DNA of 64,000 nt from Spirochaetia bacterium (GCA_965208575.1 CBDBOV010000006.1:1536001-1600000); one strand, 5' to 3'; numbered from the stretch's first letter, positions 1-11,863 are shown. Notes: a model not told the origin generated them from the letters alone. Made by a program: numbers and translations.

Positions 1-52
1 CCGGCGCAGCCAAGCGCTGCCGGCGACGCGGTGGCGGCACCCGGCGGCGCGT

Positions 53-886
53 TCAGCTCACGGCGCGGCGGTACAGGCGAACGGCCAGGGGCGCGGCCAG
101 CACCAGGATGCCGAGCGACCACAGCACGGCGGCGGTGACCTCGCCGGCAATGCTCTGCGACGGCGCCAGCGCGCCCTCGCCGAGGATCAGGCTGCGCACC
201 GCGTTGGCGGTGCGGGTCACCGGCTGGTGGTCGGCAAACAGGCGCAGCCAGCCGGGCAGCGTCTCGGTCGGCACGAACACCGAGCTCGCGAACACCAGCG
301 GAAAGATCGGAATGAAGGCCGCCGACTGCGCCGCCTCGGAGTTCTTGACCGCCAGCCCGATGCAGGCCATGACCCACGACAGGGCGAACGCAAACGTCAG
401 CGCCACCAGCAACCCGCCGGCGAACGGCACCAACGAGGTCTGCGGGCGGAAGCCGAGCAGGTAGGCCAGCACGATCATCAGCGCGACCACGAATACGTTG
501 CGCACCAGGTCCGCCACGGTGCGCCCGGCGAGCACGGCCGAACGCGCCATCGGCAGCGAGCGAAAGCGGTCGATCACGCCCTTGTTCAGGTCTTCGATCA
601 GTCCCATCGAGGTCTGGGTGGCGCCGAACGCGGCCATCTGCAGCAGCAGGCCGGGCAGCAGCCAGTTGAGGTACTGGCCGCCGGCCGCGGCCGGGATCGC
701 CCGGCCCACCGCGCCGCCGAACACGTAGTTGAACAGAATCAGGAACATCACCGGTTGCACGGTGGCGAACAACAGGAGTTGCGGCAGGCGCACCACGCGC
801 AACAGGTTGCGGCGCACCACCACGACGGTGTCCTTGACGGCCCGGCCCGGGGAGATGTGGGTCCGCCGCGCACGCGCCGCGCTCAT
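53..886 (-). CDS. ABC-2 type exporter permease (DrrB-like)
   Basis: Hydrophobic helices with motifs 'QPVMFLILFNYVFGG', 'GVIDRFRSLPM', 'HQPVT'. ATG at 886 overlaps the stop of the ATPase gene (ATGA). Confidence 0.9.
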   Translation of the reverse strand: MSAARARRTHISPGRAVKDTVVVVRRNLLRVVRLPQLLLFATVQPVMFLILFNYVFGGAVGRAIPAAAGGQYLNWLLPGLLLQMAAFGATQTSMGLIEDLNKGVIDRFRSLPMARSAVLAGRTVADLVRNVFVVALMIVLAYLLGFRPQTSLVPFAGGLLVALTFAFALSWVMACIGLAVKNSEAAQSAAFIPIFPLVFASSVFVPTETLPGWLRLFADHQPVTRTANAVRSLILGEGALAPSQSIAGEVTAAVLWSLGILVLAAPLAVRLYRRAVS

Positions 887-1908
887 GGACGTCCCCGCCC
901 GCGTCCGGGACCGGCTCGCTGGCCGCGCCGTGCCCGCCGTCCCCGCCGCCCGCGGCGCTTGCCGTTGCCGGCACCCGTGTCCGCGGTGGCGTGGCCGGTC
1001 AGCGCGATGAACACGTCGTCGAGCGTGGGGCGGCGCAGCCCGATGTCGGTGGGGGTGATGCCGGCGGCGTCGAGCGTGCGCACGGCGGCCACCAGCGAGC
1101 CCGGACCCTCCGGTGCCGGCAGGGTGATGGCACCGGACGGCCCGAGTTCGGCGCCGGGCTTGACGCCGAGCGCGACACACGTGGCCTCGCGGGCCTCGGC
1201 GGGTACCTCTACCTGGATCACCGCCCCGCCGAGGCGGTCCTTCAGCTCGTTGCCGGTGCCTTCGCTGATCAGCCGGCCCTCGTTGATCACGCCGATGCGG
1301 CCGGCGAGCTGATCGGCTTCATCGAGGTACTGCGTGGTCAACAGCACGGTGGTGCCGGAGCCGACCAGGTCGCGGATCAGCGCCCACACCTCCAGCCGGC
1401 TGCGCGGGTCGATGCCGGTGGTCGGCTCGTCCAGGAACAGCACGTCCGGCTTCCCTACCAGCGAGGCGGCCAGGTCGAGGCGCCGCTTCATGCCGCCGGA
1501 GTAGGTGCGCACCAGGCGGTCTGCGTCGTCGGCCAGCGAGAACCGCTCCAGCACCTCCGCGGCGCGCTCGCGGGCGCTGCGCGCGCCCAGGTTGTACAGC
1601 CGCCCCACCATCTCCACCGCCTCGCGGCCGGTCAGGTACTCGTCCACGGCGGCGAACTGGCCGGCCAGCCCGATGCGGTTGCGCACCGCCACCGGGTCGT
1701 GCACCACGTCGATGCCGGCCACGGTCGCGCTGCCGGCGTCCGGCCGCAGCAGTGTCGCGAGCACCCGGATGAGCGTGGTCTTGCCGGCGCCGTTCGGCCC
1801 GAGCAGGGCGTAGATGATGCCGGCCTCGATCGCCAGGCTGACCCCGGCCAGGGCGCGGATGGTGCCGAACCGCTTCTCGACCTGCTCGGCGCGTACGATC
1901 GGTTGCAT
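883..1908 (-). CDS. ABC exporter ATP-binding subunit (DrrA-like)
   Basis: Walker A GPNGAGKT, signature YSGGM, Walker B FLDEP, C-terminal 'RRPTLDDVF'. Start chosen at MQPIV. Confidence 0.92.
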   Translation of the reverse strand: MQPIVRAEQVEKRFGTIRALAGVSLAIEAGIIYALLGPNGAGKTTLIRVLATLLRPDAGSATVAGIDVVHDPVAVRNRIGLAGQFAAVDEYLTGREAVEMVGRLYNLGARSARERAAEVLERFSLADDADRLVRTYSGGMKRRLDLAASLVGKPDVLFLDEPTTGIDPRSRLEVWALIRDLVGSGTTVLLTTQYLDEADQLAGRIGVINEGRLISEGTGNELKDRLGGAVIQVEVPAEAREATCVALGVKPGAELGPSGAITLPAPEGPGSLVAAVRTLDAAGITPTDIGLRRPTLDDVFIALTGHATADTGAGNGKRRGRRGRRARRGQRAGPGRGRGRP

Positions 1909-2012
1909 GCGAGTTCCGCCGCCAAGATACGCATACCGGCGCCGCCGCGGCGCTGAACTCCTGGTGAACGAGACAGTACGACAGCACCTGTGAGACCGAG
2001 CCGCCGGCTGAT

Positions 2013-2861
2013 CTATACGGCCGCGGGTTGTTCGTACGGGTTCATCCAACTCACTCCAGCCTGCTTCCGGCGTTCACCGGCCGCGTTTTCGGCGGCTATC
2101 CAATCAAGCCACTCTTCGGTCGCGACAATCTCGTGCAGCGTCGCCCGTTTGCGGTGCGGGGAATAGTTGCCGATGTGCCACAGGCAGTTGCGGTACAGCA
2201 TGAAGTCTCCGGCATGCAGCACGGCCTGCACGGCTCCCGGCATGCTCCGGCAGTACTGCAGATTCTGCCGTTCCAACTCGGCGTCCGTCATCTGTTCGGT
2301 GGCCTCCGGCATCGGCACCGGGCGGGTGGGAAACAGGCTCCGCTCGCGCGGCAGATCCGGTCTGCCATGACTGCCGGGAACCACCCACGTGCTGATGTCG
2401 TCGTACAGCGCACAGTTGTACTGATTCCACATCAGCGGATCGGTCATCGTCCTGGCCCAGGCGTGCACGTCGGCCGCGAAAATGTTGTCGCGCCAGTCAC
2501 GATGCCAACGGGTCGAATAGGGCCTTTGCACCGGCTGATAGAAGATGCCGAGCGCACGCGGCTGGTTGTTGCCGGCATCGGTGTCGCCGTAGGTGTGATG
2601 CTCCGACAGAATAGTGGTGACGGCATCGCGCAGGGACGGCAGCTCGGCAAAGTCCTGAAACGGCTTGAGGTCCAGATCGTAAGCATACACCGGTTGCAGC
2701 CGCTGCGCCTGCGGCCCGTTCACCTGCAGACATATCTGCCGGCCTCTTTCCGCACTGACCCGCAGGTCATGCAACAGCGAAGGCGGCAGGATCTCCCGAA
2801 AGATGGTAAACCCGTCACGCGCGTGTTGTTCGATATGTTCATCAGTCAATGCAAACGCCAT
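2013..2861 (-). CDS. Phytanoyl-CoA dioxygenase (PhyH)-like Fe(II)/2-oxoglutarate oxygenase
   Basis: 'WHRD' HxD motif, 'VVPGSH', 'AGDFMLY...WHIG' and N-terminal 'RDGF'. Confidence 0.8.
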   Translation of the reverse strand: MAFALTDEHIEQHARDGFTIFREILPPSLLHDLRVSAERGRQICLQVNGPQAQRLQPVYAYDLDLKPFQDFAELPSLRDAVTTILSEHHTYGDTDAGNNQPRALGIFYQPVQRPYSTRWHRDWRDNIFAADVHAWARTMTDPLMWNQYNCALYDDISTWVVPGSHGRPDLPRERSLFPTRPVPMPEATEQMTDAELERQNLQYCRSMPGAVQAVLHAGDFMLYRNCLWHIGNYSPHRKRATLHEIVATEEWLDWIAAENAAGERRKQAGVSWMNPYEQPAAV

Positions 2862-3011
2862 CCGTGTTGTCCTCCTGTCGGCAGCCGGGGTCCGCACACC
2901 GAGTGCAAGCCTCGCCTACCATACCGCGATCCTCCGCCCGGCGATACGACCGGCATCCGTGGTATGGTCACCGGGGCTCGCAGGCGTGAGGCGAGCCGCG
3001 TGGAGGGACGA

Positions 3012-3854
3012 ATGGGCGGCAGGTTGGACGGAAAGGTGGCGATCGTCACCGGCGGGACGAGCGGCATCGGCCGCCGAACCGCGGAGATGTTCGTGGAGCA
3101 GGGAGCGCGGGTGCTGATCGCGGCGCGCCGCGAGGAGGTGGGGCAGGCGCTCGCCGAGCGACTCGGCGCCGGCGCCTGCTTCGTGCGCACCGACGTCACC
3201 CGCGAGGCGGAGGTGCAGGCGATGGTCGCGGCCGCCGTGCAGCGGTGGGGACGGGTCGACTGCCTGTTCAACAACGCCAGCTCCGGCACCGGCGACACAG
3301 CAGTCGACGAGATGTCGTTCGCCGACTTCATGGCGGCGCTGGAGCTGCAGGTCGGCTCGGTGTTCCTGGGCATCAAGCACGTGGTGCCGGTCATGAAGCG
3401 GCAGGGCGGCGGCGCCATCATCAACAACGCGTCGATCGCCGGCCTGGGCGTCGGCTACGGCTCGATGACCTACTCCGCCGGCAAGGCGGGCGTGATCCAC
3501 ATGACCCGCTGCCTGGCGATCGCCCTCGGCGAGCACCGCATCCGGTTGAACTGCATCTCGCCGGGCGGGATCATGACCCCGATCTTCCTCGGCGGCCGGC
3601 AGCACGAGATGTCGGAGCAGGAGGTCGCAGGCGCCGTGGCCGGCCTGAGCGAGCTGTACGACGAGAAGATTCCGCTGCGGCGTGCCGGAACGCCCGAGGA
3701 CATCGCCCACGCCGCGGTCTACCTGGCGTCCGACGAGAGCCGCCACGTCACCGGCGAGAACCTGGTGGTGGACGCCGGCACCTGGCTCGGCCGCAGCGTC
3801 CAGTACCAGGCCCAGTGGGCGGCGTGGCGGCGCGCCGCGATGTTCGGCGAGTAG
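3012..3854 (+). CDS. Short-chain dehydrogenase/reductase (SDR)
   Basis: TGGTSGIG Rossmann motif, catalytic YSAGK, 'NCISPG'; GGAGG RBS upstream of ATG 3012. Confidence 0.92.
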   Translation: MGGRLDGKVAIVTGGTSGIGRRTAEMFVEQGARVLIAARREEVGQALAERLGAGACFVRTDVTREAEVQAMVAAAVQRWGRVDCLFNNASSGTGDTAVDEMSFADFMAALELQVGSVFLGIKHVVPVMKRQGGGAIINNASIAGLGVGYGSMTYSAGKAGVIHMTRCLAIALGEHRIRLNCISPGGIMTPIFLGGRQHEMSEQEVAGAVAGLSELYDEKIPLRRAGTPEDIAHAAVYLASDESRHVTGENLVVDAGTWLGRSVQYQAQWAAWRRAAMFGE

Positions 3855-4050
3855 CCGCAACTGCTTGCCCGCCGCGCAGCGGACGCAACCACGGCATCCG
3901 GCGCTCCATAGAGCGCCTTGCTGGACCGCCATGACGTGAGCGGCCCGCGCCCACCGCGCCGGCGTAGCCCGCCGGCCGGAACAGCAGGTTACCGGTAGCA
4001 GCCCGCGACGTGGCGCCGCTCCGGGGCGCTGCCGGGTTCCGCGTGGGCTG

Positions 4051-4611
4051 CTATCCGCCGCCGTTCACGGTGGCGACGCGCACCTCGTCGAGCAGCACGC
4101 CCCAGGTCTTGCCGGGGTGGTCGCGCAGGTCGTACACCACCAGGTCGAAGGTCAATTGCGTTACCCGGTCGGCGCGCACCTCGACGTCGATCCGCGCCGG
4201 CGAGATCTCCAGCGGCACCTCGACCGTGTCGCCGCCAAGCACCACGCCGCGGGCGTTGCCGGCCAGCAGAAGGTCGGCCGCGTCGTAGCGCGTCGCCGGC
4301 GCTTCGCCGCGCAGCAGGTCAAAGGCGGCGCCATCCAGGTAACGGGTCAGGTCGACCTCCGTGCGCGCCGTTTCGAGCACGACCCAACCTTTCTCGGGAA
4401 GCCGTCCGCGGCGATGCAACCGGGCACCGCTTAGCGTCACCACCAGCGACGAGAAGTCGTCGATCGCCTCTCGGTGGTCGGTAATCAGCACCACCACCTC
4501 ACCGGTAGCCGCATCCGCCTCCGCGCCGCCGCTCGCCCCCGTGGTCGCGGCGCACCACAGCAGCACCGCCGCCATGGCCAGCCCGCGCGCGCGGTGTGCT
4601 CGATTGCTCAT
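4051..4611 (-). CDS. Exported protein, DUF4382-like
   Basis: Signal-peptide-like N-terminus; 'VLITD...IDDFSSLVVT', 'EVDLT', 'LTFDL' pattern; GGAGG RBS. Confidence 0.55.
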   Translation of the reverse strand: MSNRAHRARGLAMAAVLLWCAATTGASGGAEADAATGEVVVLITDHREAIDDFSSLVVTLSGARLHRRGRLPEKGWVVLETARTEVDLTRYLDGAAFDLLRGEAPATRYDAADLLLAGNARGVVLGGDTVEVPLEISPARIDVEVRADRVTQLTFDLVVYDLRDHPGKTWGVLLDEVRVATVNGGG

Positions 4612-4697
4612 GTCACCTCCCTGTTGCGACTCCGTTGCGACCCAAGATCACCGCGCCGGGTCGCCGCGGTCAACGTCTGCGGCTCACGGGATTGAGA

Positions 4698-4756
4698 TTG
4701 ACGCGGCGGCGGCGGCGACCGTATATTCTCAAATACGACCAGAAAAGTCGTATTTG
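4698..4756 (+). promoter_or_regulatory. sigma70-like promoter with IscR/Rrf2-type palindromic operator
   Basis: TTGACG (4698)-18 nt-TATATT (4722). Perfect 10-bp inverted repeat CAAATACGAC-N7-GTCGTATTTG (4730-4756) just before the Rrf2 start. Confidence 0.75.
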
Positions 4757-4768
4757 GAAGGGCACAGG

Positions 4769-5308
4769 ATGATAAAGATCAGTCGCAAGGTCGAGTACGC
4801 GCTGATGGCGCTGCAGCACGTGCACCGGCAGCCGCCGGAGCAGGTGGTGTCGGCCAAGGATCTGTGCGTTACCTATCGGGTCGCGTTCCCGGTGCTGTCC
4901 AAGGTGTTGCAGAATCTCGCCGCGGCCGGGGTGCTGCGCTCGGCGCAGGGCGCCCATGGCGGCTATCAGCTTGCCCGTCCCCTTTCCGAGGTTACCTTCG
5001 GGGAGCTGAGCGAGGCGGTGGTCGGACCGATGCAGTTCTCGTATTGTCTGCACCGCGACCGGGTGCGTTGCCAACTCGCCGAGTGCTGCAACGTGATCTC
5101 TCCCATCATCCGGCTGAGTGATCGCATCGAGGAGTTGTTTTACAGCATGAGCTTGGAAGAATTGTTGCACGCCCACGAGCCGCGCGAAGTGGAGATCCGT
5201 GCCCGCCACCGCGTGGCTGCGCGGCTCCGCGAGGCAGACCGCGACGCCGAACCGGCGGCTCGCGAACGTGGCGGCGCGGTGCCCGAGGAGCAACTGGTAT
5301 GGAAATAG
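4769..5308 (+). CDS. Rrf2-family (IscR-like) regulator of the suf operon
   Basis: '[13 protein letters not shown]', '[13 protein letters not shown]' and Cys cluster C-x7-C-x4-CC; overlaps the sufB start. Confidence 0.9.
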   Translation: MIKISRKVEYALMALQHVHRQPPEQVVSAKDLCVTYRVAFPVLSKVLQNLAAAGVLRSAQGAHGGYQLARPLSEVTFGELSEAVVGPMQFSYCLHRDRVRCQLAECCNVISPIIRLSDRIEELFYSMSLEELLHAHEPREVEIRARHRVAARLREADRDAEPAARERGGAVPEEQLVWK

Positions 5309-6794
5309 CCGCCCACGACGCCACGGCAACCGCGACCACGGCGCTGACCAGGGAGCAGGCGCAACGCGAGCTGTCCGGCCGCGTCTACGAGCACGGGTTC
5401 TACACGGACGTCGATGCCGAGCAGGCTCCCAAGGGGCTGAACGAAGAGATCATCCGCCTGATCTCGCGCAAGAAGGACGAGCCCGAGTTCATGCTCGACT
5501 TCCGCCTGAAGGCGTTCCGGCGCTGGCAGGAGATGGAGGACCCGTGGTGGCGTCCGGTCGACCACCCCGACATCGACTACCAGGACATCCGCTACTACTC
5601 GGCGCCCAAGAGCGTGGACGAAAAGCAGGGCCCCGCGTCCCTGGACGAGGTGGATCCCGAAATCCTGCGCACCTTCGAGCGCCTCGGGGTGCCGCTGATG
5701 GAGCAGAAGCGGGTGATGGGGGTGGCAGTCGACGCGGTGTTCGACTCGGTGTCGGTGGGCACTACCAACCAGGAACAGCTCACCAGGCTGGGCATCGTGT
5801 TCTGTTCCATGACCGAGGCGCTCAAGGAGCATCCCGAGCTGGTGCAGCGCTATCTCGGATCGGTGGTACCGGCCGCGGACAATTTCTATTCCGCCCTCAA
5901 TTCGGCGGTATTCACCGACGGGTCGTTCTGTTACATCCCGCCGGGGGTGCAGTGCCCGATCGACTTGTCCACCTACTTCCGCATCAATGCCGCCGAGACC
6001 GGCCAGTTCGAGCGTACCCTGATCGTGGCCGACCGCGGCAGCTCGGTGAACTACGTGGAGGGCTGCACCGCCCCGATGCGCGACGAGAACCAACTGCACG
6101 CCGCGGTGGTGGAGATCGTGGCGCTCGACGACGCGGTGGTGAACTACTCGACCGTACAGAACTGGTATGGCGGCGACGCCGACGGCAAGGGCGGTATCTA
6201 CAACTTCGTCACCAAGCGCGGCAAGGCGGTGGGCAGGAATTCCAAGATCTCCTGGACGCAGGTGGAGGCGGGCGCGGCGATCACCTGGAAGTACCCGAGC
6301 GTGATCCTGTCGGGTGACGGCTCGGTGGGCGAGTTCTACTCGGTGGCGCTGACCAACAACCGGATGCAGGCGGACACCGGCACCAAGATGATCCACATCG
6401 GCCGCAACACCACCAGCACCATCGTGTCCAAGGGCATCTCCGCCGACCGCTCGCGCAACGCCTACCGCGGCCAGGTGCGCATCCAGCCGGGTGCCACCGG
6501 GGCGCGCAACTTCACCCAGTGCGACTCGATGCTGGTCGGCAACGAATGCCACGCCAACACGTTCCCGTCGATCGAGGTGCGCAACGACTCGGCCACCGTC
6601 GAGCACGAGGCGTCCACCTCCCGCATCGGCGCCGAGCAACTGTTCTACCTGGCCACCCGCGGGCTCGACATGGAGGCGGCGATCTCCTTGCTGATCAACG
6701 GGTTCTGCAAGGAGGTGTTCAAGAAGCTGCCGCTGGAGTTCTCGGTGGAAGCGGTCAAGCTGCTGGAGATGAAGCTGGAGGGGAGCGTCGGCTG

Positions 6795-6795
<1 letters not shown>
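5299..6795 (+). CDS. sufB: Fe-S cluster assembly protein SufB
   Basis: 'AVFDSVSV', 'GQFERTLI', 'YVEGCTAP', 'VEHEASTS', 'LPLEF'. Confidence 0.97.
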
Positions 6796-7615
<820 letters not shown>

Positions 7616-7616
<1 letters not shown>

Positions 7617-9130
7617 TGGCCCAGGCAGCGGCCGTGGCCGAGGCCGCGCACGCAGCGGCCGCCGCGCCGGCAACGGCACCGCGGATGGAGCAGTTCCGGC
7701 GCCTGTTCGAGGCGCGTGCCGCGGGCAGAGTCGCCTCGCTGGACGAGGAGTTGCGCGCCGCCGCGCTCGCCGAGCTGCTGGCGTCCGGCTTCCCGTTGCG
7801 CCGCGACGAGGAATGGGTGCACACCCCGCTGCGCGCCGTGGCCGAGGCGCACTACCGGCTCGGCAGTGCCGTACCAGTGCTGGCCGCGGCCGGCCGGAGC
7901 GCCGAACTGGTTCGCGAACTGGTAGCCGGCGAACCCGTGGCGTTGCTGACCTGCAACGGCGCGCTGGCCTCCCCGGCCATGTTCGCCTCCCTTGCCGACG
8001 GCGCCGCCGAATCGGACATCGCCGGCGTCCGGGGGGCGCGCGGGGATCTGTGGCCGCGGTGCCGCGAAGCATTCACGCGCCCGCTGACCACCGCCTTCAC
8101 CCGCGTGGCGCGCACGTTCGGCGACCACGGCGTGCTGCACTGCGACGCGGCGGCGGGTGTGGCGCCGCTGCACCTTGTCCATCTCGTCGAAGCGGGCGCG
8201 CTGGCGGCGCCGCGGGTGACGATTCGCATAGCGGACGGCGCCCGGGTGACGCTGGTGGAGAGCGTCGTTGCGGTCGCCTTGCCGGCGAGCGGCCGTCGCG
8301 TCACCGGTGGCGGCGTCACGCCGGGCCATGCCGTCATGAGCGCCGCGCGGCCGCTCGGCACGACGAACGGTGCCGGCGGCCACGGCGCCGCGCCGAATGA
8401 CGTTGCCGGCAGCGCCGCCCCGCCGGCCGGTGCCGCGGCGCTGAGTTGCGCCGACACCGAGATCCGGCTCGGAGCGGGTGCGTCGCTTACCTACGTGCGG
8501 GTGCAGGCGGCCGGCGCGGAGTCGTTCGACTTCGGCACCACCACCGTGGTGCAGGAGCGGGACAGCGAGTTGCACGTCCTGAGCGTGGCGCTCGGCGGGC
8601 GCATCGCCCGCCACACCTGCAACGTGCTGGCCGCGGCGCCGGGTACGACCAGCCGGCTCGGCGGTGCCACGGCGGCGGCCGGTGGCCAGGTACTCGACCA
8701 TCACACCTACGTCGAGCACGCCGCACCCGGGTGCGCGAGCCGCCAGTTGTACAAGACGGTGCTCGGCCGCGGCGGCCACGGCGTGTTTTCGGGACGCATC
8801 CTGGTGCGCCCGGTGGCGCAGCAGACCGATGCGTTTCAGCTCAACCAGAACCTGCTGCTCGACGACGCCCGCGTGGACACCAAGCCGCAGCTCGAGATCG
8901 GCGCCGACGACGTGCGCTGCACGCACGGCGCCACCACCGGGCGGCTCAACGAGGACCAGTTGTTCTACCTGCAGGCGCGCGCCATCGGGCGCAGCCGGGC
9001 GGTGCGCATGCTGGCGCGCGGCTTTCTGGACGAGGTGGTCGGCGAGTTGCCGGATGCCGCGCTGCGCCCGCGCCTGCTGAAGCTGCTGCACCGGCGCCTG
9101 GACCGTCTTGAAAGGAGCGTCGAACGATGA
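7616..9130 (+). CDS. sufD: Fe-S cluster assembly protein SufD, with a low-complexity insertion
   Basis: 'SRQLYK', 'VDTKPQLEI.ADDVRCTHGAT', 'LFYLQAR'; position within the suf operon. Confidence 0.9.
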
Positions 9131-10377
9131 GCAACGTCGCCACTCGCGCCTTGCCCGCGGACCTGGACGTGGCCGCGGTCCGGGAGCAGTTTCCGATTCT
9201 CGCCAAGCAGGTGCACGGCCAGCGGCTGGTGTACCTGGACAACGCGGCCACCACCCTGAAGCCGCACGCGGTGATCGACCGCCTGCAGCGCCACTACGCC
9301 GAAGAGACCGCCAACATCCACCGCGGCGTGCACTACCTGAGCGAGCAGGCAACCGCTGCCTACGAGCAGGTCCGCGAGCGGGTGCAGCGGTTCCTCGGTG
9401 CCGCCGCCCCGGAAGAAGTGATCTTCACCAGCGGCACCACCGACTCGATCAACCTGGTCGCCCAGGGCTGGGCAACCGCCCACCTCGGCAGCGGCGACGA
9501 GGTGGTGATCACCCACATGGAGCACCACTCCAACATCGTCCCCTGGCAGATGCTCACCGAGCGCACCGGCGCGGTACTGCGCGTGGCCCCGATCAATGAC
9601 CGCGGCGAACTGGAGTGGGACCGCTTCCTGGACCTGCTCGGGCCGCGCACCCGGCTGGTGGCGGCCACCCACGTGTGCAATTCCCTTGGTACGGTCGTGC
9701 CGGCCGCGGAGCTGATCCGCGCCGCGCATGCCGTGGGAGCGAGGGTGCTGCTGGACGGCGCTCAGGCAGCCGCCCACCTGCCGCTGGACGTGGTGGAGCT
9801 GGACGTCGACTTTTACTGCTGCTCGGGGCACAAGCTGTTCGGCCCCACCGGCACCGGCGTCCTGTACGGCAAGCGCGAGCTGCTGGAGGCGATGCCGCCG
9901 GTGCGCGGCGGCGGCGACATGATCAAGTCGGTGACCTTCGCGCGGACCACGTACGCCGACCTGCCCAACAAGCTGGAGGCGGGCACCCCGCACATCGCCG
10001 GCGTGATCGGCCTGGGCGCGGCGCTGGAGTGGATCGAAGGGGTCGGCCTGGAGGCGATCGGGCGCCACGAGGAACGGCTGCTGGCGAGCGCCACCGCCGC
10101 ACTGGCCGCCATCGACGGCGTGCGCCTGATCGGCACCGCCGCCCGCAAGTCGGCGATCCTGTCGTTCACGGTGGGCGACATTCACCCGCACGACGTGGGC
10201 ACCATCGCCGACCAGGAGGGGGTGGCGCTGCGCACCGGCCACCACTGCACGCAACCGGTCATGGAGCGGTTCCGGGTGCCGGCCACCGCGCGCGCGTCGT
10301 TCTCGGTGTACAACGACGACGATGACGTCGCCGCCCTGGTGCGGGCCATCGGCCAGGCGCAGGAGCTGTTCGGGTGA
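9127..10377 (+). CDS. sufS: Cysteine desulfurase SufS
   Basis: 'YLDNAAT', 'EHHSNIVPW', PLP-lysine motif SGHK, catalytic 'RTGHHCTQP'. Confidence 0.97.
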   Translation: MSNVATRALPADLDVAAVREQFPILAKQVHGQRLVYLDNAATTLKPHAVIDRLQRHYAEETANIHRGVHYLSEQATAAYEQVRERVQRFLGAAAPEEVIFTSGTTDSINLVAQGWATAHLGSGDEVVITHMEHHSNIVPWQMLTERTGAVLRVAPINDRGELEWDRFLDLLGPRTRLVAATHVCNSLGTVVPAAELIRAAHAVGARVLLDGAQAAAHLPLDVVELDVDFYCCSGHKLFGPTGTGVLYGKRELLEAMPPVRGGGDMIKSVTFARTTYADLPNKLEAGTPHIAGVIGLGAALEWIEGVGLEAIGRHEERLLASATAALAAIDGVRLIGTAARKSAILSFTVGDIHPHDVGTIADQEGVALRTGHHCTQPVMERFRVPATARASFSVYNDDDDVAALVRAIGQAQELFG

Positions 10378-10859
10378 GCGCCACGGGCTCGGCGGCGCGC
10401 GAACTGTACCAGCAGGTGATCCTCGATCACAACCGTACGCCGCGCAACTGGGGCGCGTTGGATCCGCACACCCACCACGCCGAGGGCCACAACCCGCTGT
10501 GCGGCGACCGCTACGAGGTAGCGCTCGTGCTCGCCCCCGACGGCAGCGTTGCCGATATTCGCTTTCAGGGCTCCGGCTGCGCCATCTCCAAGGCCTCCGC
10601 GAGCATGATGACCGAGGCGGTCAAGGGCATGCCGCGCGCAGCGGTGGAGCGGCTGGTGGAGCAGTTCCGCAGTCTGGCGGCGGGCGAGCTCGACCCGGCT
10701 CGCGACCGGCACGACCTCGGCAAGCTGCGCGTGTTCAGCGGCATCTGGGAGTTCCCGGCGCGGGTGAAATGCGCCACGCTGCCGTGGCACACCCTGCACA
10801 GCGCCCTCGACGGCTGCGGCCACGCCACCACCGAGGCGCAGGCCGACGAAAAGGAGTAA
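10374..10859 (+). CDS. sufU: SufU (NifU-N-like) sulfur acceptor/scaffold
   Basis: 'LYQQVILDH', 'NPLCGD', 'GCAISKASAS', 'RVKCATLPW'. Confidence 0.95.
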   Translation: MSATGSAARELYQQVILDHNRTPRNWGALDPHTHHAEGHNPLCGDRYEVALVLAPDGSVADIRFQGSGCAISKASASMMTEAVKGMPRAAVERLVEQFRSLAAGELDPARDRHDLGKLRVFSGIWEFPARVKCATLPWHTLHSALDGCGHATTEAQADEKE

Positions 10860-10864
10860 CAGGC

Positions 10865-11440
10865 ATGGCGGTAGCGATTCTGACCCAGTTCACGCCCAAC
10901 CCCAACGCGATGAAGTTCATCCTGAACCGTGACGTGAAGTCGACCGGCAAGGTGACATTCCGCAACGCCGACGAGGCGAACGGCATTGCGCTGGTGGAGG
11001 CGCTGTTCGCCCTGGTGGTGGTGGAGCAGGTGCACCTGTTCGAGAACGTGGTCACGGTGACCAAGATCGACCAGGCGCCGTGGGAGGACGTGGCCGACTG
11101 GGTGAAACAGGTGCTCACCAACCACGCCGACGAGCACGACCCCGGCTTCGAGCTGGCCGACACCGGCAGCGGCGGGCCGGTGAGCCACGTGCGCGACGAC
11201 CAGCCGCCGGAGGTGCAGCGCATCGAGGAGGTGCTCGACCGCACCGTGCGCCCCTACCTGCAGGGCGACGGCGGCGACCTGGACGTGCTCGCCTACGAGA
11301 ACAACCGCGTGCTGGTGAGTTACGCCGGCGCCTGCGGCACCTGCCCATCCGCGGTGGCCGGCACCCTGCAGGCGATCCAGAGCGTGCTGCGCGACGAGGT
11401 CAACCCCGAAATCGAGGTAATCTCCGCCGAATCCGGCTGA
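10865..11440 (+). CDS. Nfu-type Fe-S carrier (Nfu N-terminal plus NifU-C domains)
   Basis: 'TPNPNAMKF' N-domain; 'VRPYLQGDGGD' and 'GACGTCPS'. Confidence 0.92.
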   Translation: MAVAILTQFTPNPNAMKFILNRDVKSTGKVTFRNADEANGIALVEALFALVVVEQVHLFENVVTVTKIDQAPWEDVADWVKQVLTNHADEHDPGFELADTGSGGPVSHVRDDQPPEVQRIEEVLDRTVRPYLQGDGGDLDVLAYENNRVLVSYAGACGTCPSAVAGTLQAIQSVLRDEVNPEIEVISAESG

Positions 11441-11464
11441 TGCCGGGCATCCGCTCGCCTTCCG

Positions 11465-11863
11465 CTACCGCGGCGCTTCTCCTTGTTCCGTGGCCGTCGG
11501 CCGGCTGCGGTCGCGGTAGTGGGGTTCCAGGTCGCTCAGCTCCAGGCCGAGCAGATCCATGGTCCGGAACAGGTGCGGCAGGTCGCGGTCGACGAAGCTG
11601 CGCCGCTTCAGTTCGCGCGCCTGCCGGTAGGCGCGGTCGGCCACGAAGTAGCCGGTGCCGCGCCGGTTGTAGATGATGCCCCGGTCCTGCAGGTAGGCGT
11701 AGGTGCGGGCGACGGTGTTCGGGTTCACCTGCACGTCGACCGCCAGCTCCCGGATCGACGGGATGCGGTCCCCGCCCCGCCACCGGCGGCGCAGGATGTT
11801 GTCGCACAGGTAGTCGCCGATCTGCAGGTAGATCGCCTGCGGCGGGGTGAACTCCACGGTCAC
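11465..11863 (-). CDS. GntR family (YtrA subfamily) regulator
   Basis: 'AIYLQI', 'IPSIRELA...VNPNTVARTY', 'RGTGYFV'. GTG overlaps the upstream stop. Confidence 0.9.
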   Translation of the reverse strand: MTVEFTPPQAIYLQIGDYLCDNILRRRWRGGDRIPSIRELAVDVQVNPNTVARTYAYLQDRGIIYNRRGTGYFVADRAYRQARELKRRSFVDRDLPHLFRTMDLLGLELSDLEPHYRDRSRPTATEQGEAPR

